Source of the DNA: Camelus ferus
Lineage: Eukaryota
NCBI RefSeq assembly: GCF_009834535.1
Contig: NC_045720.1
Span: 992,001-1,056,000 of the forward strand
Direction of reading: 5' to 3'
Length of the DNA: 64,000 bases
Shown: positions 44,951-61,123 of the stretch, piece after piece
Layout of the letters: the number at the start of each line of letters is the position of its first letter
Numbering within the stretch: position 1 is the stretch's first letter
Notes under the pieces: generated by a model
What the model saw: only the letters and a program-made list of their open reading frames with translations
Database searches by the model: none
What the model was told of the DNA's origin: nothing
Translations under genes and position numbers: made by a program

Positions 44951-47900
44951 GGCACATGGGCGCTGGACTTGGCCACAGCCCCGAGTGCCGCCCCTCCCTT
45001 CCTCTCTCCCTGGCCCCTTCCGAAGACTCTGTAGGCCAGTGAAGGAGCTGCTTGAGGTCTGAGGGTAGCTGGAGGACGGGGCCTGGCCAGCCGTGAACAT
45101 GGCTGGTCCTGGGCCCCTCCCCAGACCCTAAGCTCCTGGCAAGTGGCGGATGGAGCTGGCCTTGACCCTTCCCTGCTTGGAGAGTCCTGAGAGTCCCGTG
45201 GCCTGGCCTTCGACTGCAGGATTTGGGTCTGTAGCATGTCTGCGAACGGGCCAGCAGGGCAGGAGCCAGGAACATGGGGCCTGAAGCAAGGACATGGAGC
45301 CTTTGGGGGGGGGCTGCCTGCAGCTCTCTGCTGTGCTACCCCCAGGGCTCTCTGGGGGCTCCCCACATGACAGAGCCCCCCCCCCCAGGCGGAGGCGCCA
45401 GTTCTTGTTGCAGCCTGACAGCTGAGACTGGAGGCAGAGGGTCCTCCTGCCTGTAAGATGGGGTGAGGCACCTGGGTGGCAGCCTCTCCTTCACTCCCTG
45501 CTGCCCTGCCACCCTGCCACCCTGGGGGAGCCCCCATTCCAGCCTTCACCAGCCGCTGCCCATCTGATCTTGACCCTCACTCATTAGAGGGTCGGCCTGA
45601 GTCCGTTTCCGCACCTGCTTTCTGTACCTGTAAATGGAAATAAAGACGCCACCTAGCAGCACAGAGACCAAGGTTTAATGGGAGGCCAATGAAACCAAAT
45701 CCCGGTCTGGAACCGTGTCTCTGCCAAGGCCTGGGACATTTGGCACAGAGAGGTTTGGGGCAGGTGGATGAGGTGGTGTGGGGACAGGGTTTCTGCAAGG
45801 ATGGGCTCACTGGGCCCCCCACCAACTCTGACCTCACCCCCAGCGCTATGTCTGTGGGGCCCAGTGATGCATCTTCCAGCAGGATCCCTGGGGACCAGGA
45901 TGGGCTCAACTTGGGGAGCAGAAAATGCACCTCTGCCCAGCCTGAACTGAGCAGGCCACTTCCTGCATGAGAGGTGCCCTGGTGATCCCCCAGCCCAGCT
46001 GGTGACAGACCGTGACAAGGCATGCTCGTTGAGGAGGGACCAGCCCAAGAAGGGCAGCTGGTGGGATGGGGGCAGGGTCACAGATCAATTCCTTGCTGGC
46101 CATTTCTTTACTTTCTACTGTAAGATTGAAATTACTTTTCCAAGAAGTTGGTGGACGTGAGCTTTCATCAATGTCCCATTTCTGTATCCTCCCTACTTCT
46201 TCAAATTATGTGTTCAGGATCAAGTTAACAAAAATTAGGCTAGAACAGGGATATGCGTGAGGTTGACACATTCAGCCTTTATTATAAAGCACACGGGGCC
46301 CAGCTGGCCAGTAAACTCTATCAGTGAGGCTGATGTGAAAGGGGCCCAGAAAGAACACGCACCCTGCGCCCACCCTAGGACCTGCCACTGGAGCTGAGCC
46401 TCACCCTGCCTGGGCTCCCTGTTCGCAGGCTCCCCCTGGCAACCCTGACCTCCTCTCAGGCCAACTGGAGGACTGACCCCTCAGCCTGAGGGCGCTCCCC
46501 TTCCGCACCCCTAAGCACACACTCAGCCCATCAGGCAAGGCTGGCCTCAGACAGGCTTCCTCTGACCTGCCGCCTGGCCTCGCCCTCCCAACCCCACAGG
46601 TCAGGGTGCTTTCAGCAGGAGCCTGCGAGCTCACCTTTCCATCTGCAGGGTTTCCCTTGCATGCCCACTGCCAAACCCTCTGGGGGCCCTAACGGTGACT
46701 CTGACCCAGAGCCACTTTTTGGAAGGTGACCTTCACTGCCTCAAGGCATCGTTACAGCACTGTGAACAGCAGGAGGGGAGGCTGGTGGCTGTGTCCCTGA
46801 GCACCTCCCTGGCTGTGGGTGTCCCCGCCCCACCAGGGAAACATGTCCCCCTCCAGGGCAAGAAAGCTTGTTTCCGGCGTGGTGCCCAGTGCTGCAGGTG
46901 ATGGCTGCTGAAGACACTAGCAGCGCCAACTCCAACCTCCCCCTTGGTGCCATCAACCACCTCTCTCTCCTTACTGTGCACCAGGGTGGCAAACTCAAAG
47001 GCCTGGGGCCCAGCAGGCCAACAGCAGGGAGGCCACCCAGCTGGGGTCCACTTTGGCTATTCTCCTGCAGAGACAGCCTCTAGCGTCCCCCGTGGGAAGC
47101 TCTGACCAGGCTGTCCCATGGTTTCACACTGAGAGGAGCCCAGGGAGGGAGTGACAGCCACCAGAGCTGGGGTGGGGCCCCAGGTGCCCGCCCACCACCC
47201 ACACACTGCTGCAGGCCCCCGGCTTGGAGGACCCATGTCTGAGGCCACCCTCAGGGGCAGAGCCACCCCCTTCGTGTGCAGGGCTCAGTGCCCATGGCTT
47301 CTGCCTCACAGCACCAACACCTCCATTTTTGAGAGGATACCTTTAGAGGAGGTCCTGGCCCAGCAGAGAGAAAGAGCTCTCAGACCCACCCTGATGGCCA
47401 CCTGGGATCTCCAAGGCCCCAGGCCATCCTGTGCTGTGCCTCGTTCACTCAGGGCACACCCAGGGCCATGGGGACTTGCCAGAGCCACCTCCTAGGGTGC
47501 AGCCTTGGCTCCCTAGAGGGGACGAGACTGGTGGGACGTGAGGAGAGGGAGGCAGGAGGTTCTGTCCTGACACTGGTTCCCAATACTAACTGCAGCCTCC
47601 CCACCCAGGCCCATGGGGAGAAGAGGGAGACTCAGCAAGAGGTGGGGCGCTGATGGCGGCTGCAGGGCACTGCTGAGGCCGCCCTCACCCACTGCCCACG
47701 TGGGGCTTGAGGTCTCTGTCTCCACACACCCCTGCAGACAGGCCCAGCAGAGCAGAGGCCCAGCAGACCGGCTATTGTGACCAGGAGCCCCAGGCTGGGT
47801 CCCTACCAGCCAGAGAGGCAGATGGAGTAACATGCAAGCTGTCCTGAAGCCTGATGCCAGCTGCTTGGCTAGATCCAGGTCCAGCTGCAGTCTGCCTCCT

Positions 47901-49435
47901 GCAGGTGTGTGGACCTGAGACAGCTGGCAGCGGATGTGCCAGCTGGGCCCCAGCAGGTGGGGCCTGGCCAGCCAAGCCTCCCTTCTCTTGCTCCCAAATC
48001 CTCCACACCTTCCCATAGCTTTCAGATTTGACATATACACATTCTCAAATACACTTTTTTGACCAGGGATGGTTCCAAGGAACAGTTCACGTCCTTGCTC
48101 CAAGGGTGCCCCAGCTGCCTCCCCACAGCGCACAGCCATTCCCTACCACGAACATCACCTCTGCAGCCTCTGCAGTCTTGGACCCCCAGACAGATGAGGC
48201 AGTTGATGAGGGGAGAGTGCCAATATGCACGCAGCCCCTCAAATCCAGGCCCCCTGCCCCTCACAAGGGCTCTGGACATCTCTGCAGAGCAGCCTCTGGG
48301 AGATCTGGATATCTCGGCCTCAGGTCACCAGCAGGAATCCTGAATCTAGAGCTGGAGCAGAATGAGAGCTGGACAGGAACACAGGAGCCCTTCCCTTCTC
48401 CTTTCAAAATGTGCAACCCAGACGCCAAATCCCCGGGCTGTGGGCCACACCCTCAGCAATGCCAAGACAGGGGTGGAGGAAGCCTGGGGGGGGGGGGTGA
48501 GCTGGGCAGGAGGAGCCCTGGAGGGAGCAAAGGCACAAGGATTGTCCTGTGTGTGGCTGTCAGTGCCACGGGGCAGCTCCCTGGAGCCAGACGAAGTGGA
48601 CCGTGGCTGGTCCACTCACTGGTCTGGTCACCAGGGCCCAGGTCTAGTGCTCGCCAGCCCCACAGAATGAGAGCTGCTCAGGATGGAATTTTCTTAAGGA
48701 AAATTGAAAATCCGAGTGGACCACAAACCTGCACCCCTTGCTGCGTCCGGAGCCTCAGGAGGCCCCGCTCTCCCTTCCAGCCCACGTAGCTGCCCGCCCT
48801 CCGAGATGGCCCGGGCTAGGGAGTGACACCCCTCCCTCTGGGTTCCTGGAGAGTATCCGTAAAAATGGACTTAATACACTAAAACCAGAAATGACTGCTG
48901 TGCTTCCCGCTGAGACGACCGGCGGCTATGGTGTGGGAATCACGCAGCATCAGAGCCCAGTCAGAGGGGTGTGCCGGCCCCTGTCCAGTGTAAGTGCTGG
49001 GCCCTGGAGGCAGGGGTCAGGGAGTAGGAGGTGTGGGCAGGAGTGGGGCTGGAGGCCTCAGCCCCACAGGGGCCAGGGTGGGAACACAGCAAACTGCTCT
49101 GTAAAGTGCTGTGGTGTGTGTGTGTCTGCTAGGCCTGCGTGGGGGGAGCCCTGGCTAAGAGCACAGACCCAACATGTGTGCTTGCCCAGGAAGGAGGGGC
49201 AGGAGCCCGGGGCCTCTTCTAGCTACCCCTACATGAGTCAGGGGGACCAGTGGAGGGGATGACCCTTCACCTACAGAGCTCCTCAGAGCCAGGCTGGGCT
49301 GGGATCCTGCAACTCCTGAGCCATGGGCTGGGCCACCCCAAGGGAGGGAGGAGGTGGAAAGGGGAGATGATGTGTCCCCTCCCTCCAAGTGCAGCAGGAG
49401 AAAGGCCACTGGGGGGGCTGCTCGGGCTGGCTGGG

Positions 49436-52250
<2,815 letters not shown>

Positions 52251-55200
52251 TTCGGGAAACCTTGACAGCTCGTGAATGCAGGAAATAAGGACGTGATTGC
52301 TGAGTGACTAGAAAGAAACACACAGCGTTCTCTGAGAGTGACCGAAGGCCTTGACTTGGATAAGGTGGTCCGGGCAGGAAGCGGTGTCAAGCCAGTGTCT
52401 GAAGGGGAGAGTGTCGCCTTCCTGGAAAACGGGCTCTTTAAATGGAACGAAGAAGGGAAAGCCAAGGGGGTGGCAGGGGTGGGGACTCGATGGAGGCAGC
52501 ACCGCAGGGTTTGCAGAATCAAGGGCTACCCTAGAGCAAGAGAGTTATTTGTATGGCTAAATTTGGGGTGGTCCCTGCCTGTTGCGGGAGCACCTCTTAC
52601 ATTGACCCTGGCAGGTAACCCGCTAGGGAGTAGGCCTGGTCTGGGTCAGGGAAGGATGCCTGGTGTTACCTCAGAAGCGGCCCTGACAGCCCGACCTCCT
52701 CTGGGCGCCATCAGCCGGTAAGTGGGCTGGTTCAGATGTGACTCAGTTGTTCCTGAGCCCCTTGTGCCCAGCTCTGTTGGCAGCTGTTCCCTGAAAAAGC
52801 TCCTTGCAGAGTGCCTGGCACACAAACTGCAAGGAGCAGGTGCTCTGCCATCTCTGCAGGGCAGTCAGCCCTGGGCCTCATGGGAGCCTGGGCAGAGTGG
52901 TGTCTTCTCGTGGTCAGTGGGGTGACTGCCCTCTGGAGGAGGCTGGTGCAGGACCAGCCTCCTTGGCTCCACTGCTGGGGAGCTGGGTGAGGCTGCAGGG
53001 TTCAGCAAAGGTGGGCAGACGTGCTTGATCAGTGTTTGTGAGTGGAGGTTTCTTGAAGGTGGTGTTTTAAAAAAGATCACGTTGTGAATATCTCCAACGT
53101 ATTGTGCTCTGGTGTCAGCTTTTTAGGGGGCAAGCAAGAAATGCTGGTCTGAGCCCTGGCCCTGTGCTGATGTTTTAAGATTACATGTGTAAATTCAAAG
53201 TGGACAGCAGTGTGACATTGGCATGAAGTACAGGCACCAGTGAGACACAGATTGCCAGGTCCTCACCTCACCTGGAGCTACGGTTTCCCGAACTCCTGTT
53301 TCCCAGCTGTGAGGCTTGGAGGCATACATGAGAAATCAGGTGTACACAGGATGGTTAACAAAGCAGGTGCAGTGTTGGAGTTGCCCACAGGGAAGGGCGT
53401 AGAGGTGCCTGGCAGTCAGGGTAGATAGACCAGGGCAGCACCAACTGAGACAAATAGAACTGAAGGCCATGGCACTGCAGCACAGACAGCAGGGCAGGTT
53501 GGCATTTCTGGGTGGTGCTGGACTGTCCAGGAGTCAGAGGTAGGAAAGCATCTGACTAGGAATTTGGGGCATGGCATTACCGCCTAAGGAAAAGCAGAGG
53601 GCATCACTCCCACACAGTAGCCCCACTGTGTCACTGTTCTCATCGCCTGAAACATGGCCAGTGCCCACCACTGCCCTCCCGGACACCGCCCGTGGGGAAG
53701 CTCTATTGTGCAGCAGTGGTCTAGACCGCAACAGCGGGGGGGGGGGGACCCCACCCCTGTCTGCCTGCAGTTCACACCCATTCTCACTTCCTGTGGAAGG
53801 TGGAGAGAGCTTTGATTCCCTGGGTGGATGATGCGGGAGTCCTTCTTTGTGTGCGACTGAGATGAGATGATGTGAGCACGGGGATACCTGGGGCAGTGTT
53901 TGGGAAATGGGAAGGTGCAGAAGGCAGAGCCAGGGGAGGGGACAACCCCCACCCCTCCCAGAAACCTTCCTCATTCACCCAGCCTCCTGGGGCCTCTGGG
54001 CTCCCTGGCACCTTGGTGTGGCTCTGCCAGTCTGTGTCCTCGCTTTACTTCAAGACTTTCCAGCCAGGAGTATCCAGGGTGGGGGCTGCTGCTAGGTTCC
54101 CTGTCTTGGCACTGCAAGAACTGCCCTTCCAGGACAGAGGCCAAGAAGGGCCCTGAGTCCCAGCACAGGCTTTGGAGAACGTGTCTGTCTTGGCACAGCC
54201 GTGGGTGCTTTCTGCACTGGGTGCTGAGCTGGGAGGGTTGCAGAGGAACTGCTGCATCGCTGCTTCCACCACAGGTCCTCGTGGCCAGGTCGGGTGCAGT
54301 GCCTCCAGGGCCTCCCACCACCTCACTGCCCCCTCTCGTGGGAACGGTCTTAATGCACCTTATGGACCAGGGGTTGGGCCTTAGCGGCGGGCCGGTGAGT
54401 GGGAGGGACCCCTGAGGCTAGTTGCCTGGCGTCTGGGAGCTCTCTTCCCGGGGCTCCGCTCTGTTCTGGCTGGGGGAAGTGCAGCAGAGCAGGGCCCGCT
54501 GTCCTGTAGGCACACGGCATCCTGACTTTAGGGCTCTAGGCTGAGGTGTCTGTCCTCGAGAGGAAGTGTTCAAACTCAGACTTGCTTTTCTCCAGGAAGA
54601 GATGGGTCTCATGGAACCTGGAGGCACTCAGGGACAGGGAGTGGAGGTGGGCTTTTGCATCTGATGCTAGGGGGCTGTGTCACCTGTCCTGGGAGACCCA
54701 GCAGCAAGGCAGGGGACTCTGAGAGCTGCCTATCCCCCCACCCGTGGAGTCTTTCTGGGTGCTCTTGGCTTCACGCCAGGAGGCACTCCACTGTGTGTGG
54801 CTAGCCTTCAGGTGATGCTCTCCTGTGGTGTCTGGAGAGCCCTCCTTCACCCAGTGCTTGGCCACATCCTCCCCCTGGGAACCTCATCACCTGAGAAGCC
54901 CCAGCGGTGGGTGTCTGCAAGGAGCCTACCATGACCTCCTGTGCACTTCCACCTGCTGATGTCCTGTGTTCACCCTGCTCCCGCAGGGCACGTTGTATAT
55001 CCCTGTCCAGTGGTGGCTGATGCAGGCGCTCCAGCGCTGGCTGCAGTGTGGGGTAGACGGGAGGGCAGGGGCATGGGTGGCAGGGCTCCTATGGGAGGAG
55101 GGACAGATCCTCAGGTCTCTAGTCACTGGGCAGCTGGGGGCCCCTGGGACAGAGCGGGACAGATCCGCTGCTGATGTGTGTGGTTCCCCCAGCTCCTGGG

Positions 55201-55806
55201 CTGCTGCCTCCTACGGATTCGGGTGGGGCACCTAGTGTCTCCCCACCTGTCCTTTTGTGCACACCAGGAAGGCATTGTGTCCCTGAGAGTGCTTTGGTGG
55301 GAGCCTGCGGGGACAGTGGCACCCTGCCCACCTAGCCTCTCACCCTGCCCCAGCAGTGGCCCTGCTGAAGGAGAAGGCACTGGGGCTTGGTGGCTGCTGA
55401 GACCTTCAACAAGGTCATCTTGGGCCTGGTCCAGCGGTCTGGACCCAGTGGCTGTGCAGAGAGGGGGATCCCCTCCACAGCCACGGCTCCAGGTGGACAG
55501 TGGGGACGCCTAGTGCTGGCTCCCCTCTCCCACGTTGGCTCAGCTTGGTGGGGAGCGGTGGGAGGGGCACTCAGATGGTGCCCCCCAGGATCTGCCCATT
55601 TCACATGAGGATGGAGCAGTGCTGCCCTGAGCAGTGGACCCAGCCACCTCCTGGGATTTTGGTGGTGGGTCTCGCCCTGTGTCTTCTCCATCACCCTCGC
55701 CTCCACGCTACCTCACCGAGCAGCGTCTGAAAAGGCCCTCCAGCCTGCTCAGGCCGCCCTGTCTGACTGCCTCTAACCTTGCTGCTTTCTCTTCATGCTG
55801 TCCTAG

Positions 55807-55821
55807 GAGATCAAAGTGAAA
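55807..55821 (+). other. EEF1D: Candidate 15-nt 5'UTR micro-exon of EEF1D
   Basis: Polypyrimidine tract plus tcctag acceptor, exon gagatcaaagtgaaa, and a perfect donor gtaagt. Confidence 0.55.
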
Positions 55822-57265
55822 GTAAGTAGCCCGCTGTGTTCCCTTCACCTGAGCCCAGAGACCCCCAGACTGGCCCTCAACCTGCCCGCCGTCCTCACAT
55901 ACCTGTGGGGCCAGGCTGCAGGCCTCAGTTTCCTTGTCTGGAGCAGAGTCCGATCCTGTCGGTGTGGGCTCGGCTTTCCTGGGCTGAGCCAGTTCCTGCC
56001 TGTGAGTTGGGTGGGCATCCCCTGAGCACCGTCTGTAGGCATGGCTTGGAGCTGCAGCCTTGCCAGCCCCCGGTCCCAGACCCTGTCCCTGGCTCACGGG
56101 CATCTTGAGCTGCGGCCTCAGCTCTGAGCAGAGCCTAGTCTGATGTCAGGAGCAAGGACAATGTTTAAGTCAGTAGATTTATGTGGGACTCTGGCGCTGG
56201 GGGCTCAGCCTGGTGGGCAGGGCTGAAGGGACTGGACCAGCCCAGACCTGCCCTGGTGAGGGGTCAGCCAGGAGCTTGCTGTCAGAGGGCAGTGGGTGAT
56301 GTCACAATGCCCCCCCTCCTGGGCACACTTACCACCTCCCACCACTGCCTCTGCCGTCAGCCTGGCCTTGGTAAGTGCTGCCTCCAGCCTAAGGAGGAAG
56401 GCTCAAGCCCGCGGGCCCACACTGGAGCAGGGCCTCTCCCTCAGGAGGGACTTCTCTGAGCCTGGGGCCTCAGTCCCTGCCATAAGAGGCCTGCGGCATG
56501 TGCTGTTAGAGGGCCCCCCAGCGTGCCCCTTCAGAGCACGAGGGGGGATCTCCCTGAAGTCCAGGGCAGGGGTGGGACTTAGCCCCCATGTCCCACAGAG
56601 TAATAGGAACTGGGTTTTCGTTTTGTTAGGGGGTGTTAGGAAGGGGGCGTAGACCCTGGACTGAGTGGTGGGAAGAGTTTGCCATCTGGGGTGAAGGTAG
56701 CGTGAGGCAGAGTCAGGGCCTCTGGGGCAGCGGATGACACAGGTCCCTCTAAGCTGAGGCTTGCCCACCCGCCCCAGTAGCGGGTGGGGTGCAAAGCCCC
56801 ACTCCCTTCTCCCACTGTCCCAGTGACAGAGCCCTTACACCAGAAGTGCTGATGAGAGGAGGGTCCCTGCATCCGAGGACAGTACTTGGAGGTTCCCACG
56901 TGGCCCCTTTTAGTTCGGGTGCACCCACACATGTGAGCTGATTGCCTCCTGATCGGGGAGCAGCTGCCACTGACCAGGGAAACTGGTCCTCACTCCCTGC
57001 CTGAGCTCCTCTCCTTTGAGATGGTCACTTCCTGGTGTCTCTCCTGATGTGACCTTGTGGGGTTGGGCACTACACCCTCTGCTCCCAGCTGCCCACTGGG
57101 AGGTTGCCCCTCGTCTCAGACCCTCACAGCTCCTCTCGGGATATGCCCTGCTCAGGATGGCGGGGTGGCCATGCGGGTGTGGGGGACTCAGGCCCGGGCA
57201 CCGTGAGGGGCCATCTTCCAAGACCACCAAGTGCATGTCTATAAAACAGAAACCCCAGTGCCTCT

Positions 57266-57442
57266 GGGAGGTGGCCAGACTTAGCAAAAACACAGGACGT
57301 CCAGTTAAAATTTCAGATGAACAGCGAATAACGTTTCAGTATAAGAGTCTCAGATGTCTCACGGGACATATTCATTCTAAAAGTCATTTGCCATTGATGT
57401 GAGAATCAAGTGAGTGCGTCCTGTATTTTATCTGGCTGCCCT
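57266..57442. mobile_element. MER53-like palindromic hAT MITE
   Basis: gccagacttagcaaaaacacaggacgtccagtt...gcgtcctgtattttatctggc inverted ends. Confidence 0.7.
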
Positions 57443-57813
57443 CCTTGGAGGTTCATAGGAAAGGCTTCTGTAGCCAAAGATGTTTGGGAAGTGTTCCCCA
57501 GACCCCTCTGGAGAGCCTGGGTGCCCTGCCCGTTGGATCAGAAAAGACAAGCTTTGCAGTTGGGAGGATGCATGCACACACGGCACACACAGCACACGCA
57601 TGTGTACGTGTGTGTCAGTCGCTTCACGGGGTTGCCTGTGCACTCCACTCCGGGTCTTTGCCTGTTGCCTCACAGAACCCCCAGGCACCTCCGCAGCGGG
57701 CGTCCCCCGCAGCCCCGCCAGTCAGGCTGAGCAGGGGGGTGGGGGCGCCGTCTGCAGACGGCTCGCGGTGTTGCAACTGCCTTCTCCTGCTTGCTTTTTA
57801 ACGCTGCGTGAAG

Positions 57814-58884
57814 ATGAGGAGCGGGAAGGCCTCCTGTGCCCTGGAGACCGTCTGGGAGGACAAGCAGAAGTATGAGGAAGCCGAGGGGCCCTTCCACGAG
57901 CACGAGGCTGTGCGAGCCACCGCCCCCGCCACCGCCCAGCAGCTCCTGGCCGCAGCCCCGGCTGTGAACGGGCCAGGCGGGGAGGATGTGGAGGAGGCAG
58001 ACGCCCCCGACGGCAGCAGGAGCGACCGCGGGAAGAGCCCCAACGGGAAGAAGCCCCTGCAGAAGAAGAGGAAGCGCTCCCCGAAGGGCTGGCTCAGCCA
58101 GGCGGACCTGGCCCTCGTGGGCCTCTCAGCCGACCACGTCTGGCTGGACAAGCCACTTTTTGACCAGGCAGAGAGTTCCTACCACCAGAGGCTGGCAGAC
58201 GTGGCTGCCCAGGCCCCCTGGGGTCCCTGCACCCATGGAAGCCAGGTTGCCTGCCACCACGTGACCTGGGGCATCTGGGTCAACAAGTCTTCCTTTGACC
58301 AGGCAGAGCGGGCGTTCGTGGAATGGTCTCAGGCATTGCTGCTGGCTGTAGAGGGGGGCGGCCAGCAGGCAGCTCCCGACACAGGCCAGCAGGCAGCCGC
58401 CCCGGACCTGCACCTCATCCGCCAGCCCAGCCCTCCGGCCAACAACCAGCCCCCACTGGGCAGCCTGCAGGCGCTCGTGCAGGGGGTGTGGCTCGAGAAG
58501 CCGCGGTACGACGCAGCCGAGAGGGGCTTCTACGAGGCCATGTTTGACGGCCACCCTCCTGGGAAGGTGCGCCTGCGGGAGCGGGCCGGCCAGGCTGAGG
58601 GCGCCAGGCGGGGCCGCAAAGACCGGCGGGGCCGCAGCGCAGTGGGAGGCAAGCGGCTGGAGCAGCGACGGGCCAACGGGGAGGCCCCCTCCAGCCCTGC
58701 CCTACTGGTACTTCCTGCACAAGGATGCCGAGGCCCCCTGGCTCAGCAAGCCCACCTACGACAGCGCTGAGTGCCGCCACCATGCTGCTGAGGCCCTGCG
58801 CACGGCCTGGCGCCTCGAAGCCGCATCCCTGGCCCGCCAACCCAGCGCCTGGTCTGGCCCTTCCGTGTCCAGCCTGAGATCCAA
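57814..58884 (+). CDS. EEF1D: EEF1D long-isoform (eEF1BdeltaL) exon, frameshifted near 58693
   Basis: MRSGKASCALETVWEDK..., NLS KKRKR. The homologous C-terminal part (ALPYWYFLHKDAEAPWLSKP...VSSLRS) lies in the +1 frame. The exon is 1071 nt where 1070 is needed to join the next exon in frame. Confidence 0.88.
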
Positions 58885-60616
58885 GTAGGAGAAACATGTT
58901 GGGTGGATGCCTAGGCTTCTGGGCTGAGGCCAGCATGGTCCCCTTCCTACCTCCACCCCGGCGGGCCTCTTCCTGATTCCTGGACCCCACTGAGTTGGAT
59001 GCTGGAGCGGGTTGGGCAGGGGTGGCTCTCTCCTCCTGGGGCATTGCGGTCTCCAGGATCACCCTTGGGGGTCACTGAGTTCTGGTCACCCCCACCGAGT
59101 TGGTGGAGGGAAGGGCTGAGTTTGTCCTGGGCAGGGTTTCCCTTTTGGCCTGGCAACTATAGGCCTGGCAGAGGGAGCAATGAAGCCTGGCCCGAGCCTC
59201 ACTGGGCCTGCCTGGGAATTCTGTCTACCCTGTAACCACCTCTGAGGGGAGGTGGGCATCTCGGGTGCACCAGCACATGCCAGTGGCCTGAGTCTGGAGG
59301 ACACCCACTGACGAGGCCAACTGGCCTTCAGCCTGTGTACTCAGGGGTCTTGGAGGAGAGGGGAGGGGTGGGCAAGGCCAGTGTCTGGCTGTGGAAGGGG
59401 CCCCTTAGCCAGCTGGGCTCAGGGGAGAGGACTGGATTGGAGGCGCAGCAGTGGGGAGAGAGCCTGTGGTGCAGGCGGGGTCAGCAGGGAGTTAGGCCTC
59501 CCTGGGCGTGACTCCCAGCAAAAGCCCCTTTGCTCCTCAGTGGGGAGCTGGTTTGAGAGGATCTGGGCCCTGGTGTGAGGGGCCAGGACATGGGGGGTTG
59601 GGGGTGTTCCCTGTTGGGAGTATGGGGGCAGATCATGGAACTAAAGCTGGATTCATGGTGGCGCCTCATGGGGGCGGGGCACAGAGGGGAGCTCTTGTCA
59701 CCAAGGGGCACTTGGCGAGGTCCGGTGATGGCCTGGGGTCCTCGGCACAGAGAGCTGGTGGGATTGGGTCCTTTTCTGTCACACTCAGTGAGGGACAGGA
59801 CAGTCCTGTGGCATCAGGGTTGTCGTGAAGGGCCAGAGGGAGAAGAGGATGGACCCTGTGCTTGGGTCTGGGGCAGCTCCCCTGTCTTGCTGCGACGTGC
59901 CAGTGCTCCAGTTTGCCAAAACAGATGGTGGCTGCGCCCGCCTCTCAGGCCAGAGTTCGCCAGCCATTCTCAGACTTGCTGGTCTCAGGATGCCAGAGCT
60001 TTCTACCATGGATTTCTACCATGTTGGTGATAAAACACAGGAGGTTATTTGTTGGAAAATAATAAGGTCGTTATTTGTTAACATATTTCTGCAGAAATAG
60101 TTTCCTTGTAACAAAAAGATCTAGGAAATAGGGTGGCCTTGTTTTACATTTTTGCAAATTTCTTGTGTCTGGCTTAATAGAAGGCAGCTGGATCCCTGCA
60201 CCTGCTTGTGCATTCAGTCTGCTGGTGTACGTTGTCTGATCGACAAATTCAGCCTTGAACAAATGTGTGATTGGAAAAGGGAGGATCTTGGGAACCCCTG
60301 GAGGTTCATGGCTGTACTTTGAGAGCTGCTGGCCTTGGGGATAGGCCCGGGGACCATGGGCCTTAGAACGGAAGGAAGTCCAAGGTGGGGGGCAGGGGTA
60401 GGGGCTTATGGGCTCACTGTGGTCTGTGCCAGGAACCGCTGGTGCTCTGCTCGGGGCCTGGAGCCCTTGTCACCCAAGGATGGGACAGCCTGCCTGGCAC
60501 CCTTGAGGTCTGGGCTGTCGGAAAGGGCGCTCGTGCAGGCCCGCCCTGGGGCCTGCGAGGAAGCACCCTCTCCCAGCCAGGCTGTCTTAGTCTCTCCTCC
60601 CCTTCCTGACAGGAAA

Positions 60617-61123
60617 ATGGCCACAAACTTCCTTGTGCACGAGAAGATCTGGTTCGACAAGTTCAAGTACGACGATGCAGAAAGGAGGTTCTACGAGCAG
60701 ATGAACGGGCCCGTGGCCGGCTCCTCACGCCAGGTAGGGACTCTGCGCAGCCGCTGCTGGCGGGCCGGAGGAGGGCGGTCTGGCTGGTTCCCGGGGAGCT
60801 GGAGCTGCCCTCATCTCTGCGCAGGGCGCTCCCAGGGGCCCACGGGACCCGGCCCGGCCGGGCCTGCAGAGCCCGCGCCGCGGGCCCCGTCTTTGCGGCC
60901 CAGGACTCTGTTCTCGTCTGTCCTCTGGCCCCTTGAGCGCATCCTGTGCAGCAGTTCCCTGCTCTCCTCACATGAGTCTGGGTTTTTTTTGAGTTTTTTT
61001 TAAATTTAAAAAAGAAAAAGAGAGACTGGTGTTTTTCTGCACTGTCTGCAGGAGAACGGCGCCAGTGTGATCCTCCGTGACATCGCGAGAGCCAGAGAAA
61101 ACATCCAGAAGTCCCTCGCTGGG
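60617..61123 (+). CDS. EEF1D: Elongation factor 1-delta, short-isoform N-terminal exons (partial; the gene continues beyond the window)
   Basis: Exon 60613-60733 (ATG at 60617; [39 protein letters not shown]) and exon 61052-61123 ([24 protein letters not shown]). Confidence 0.96.
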
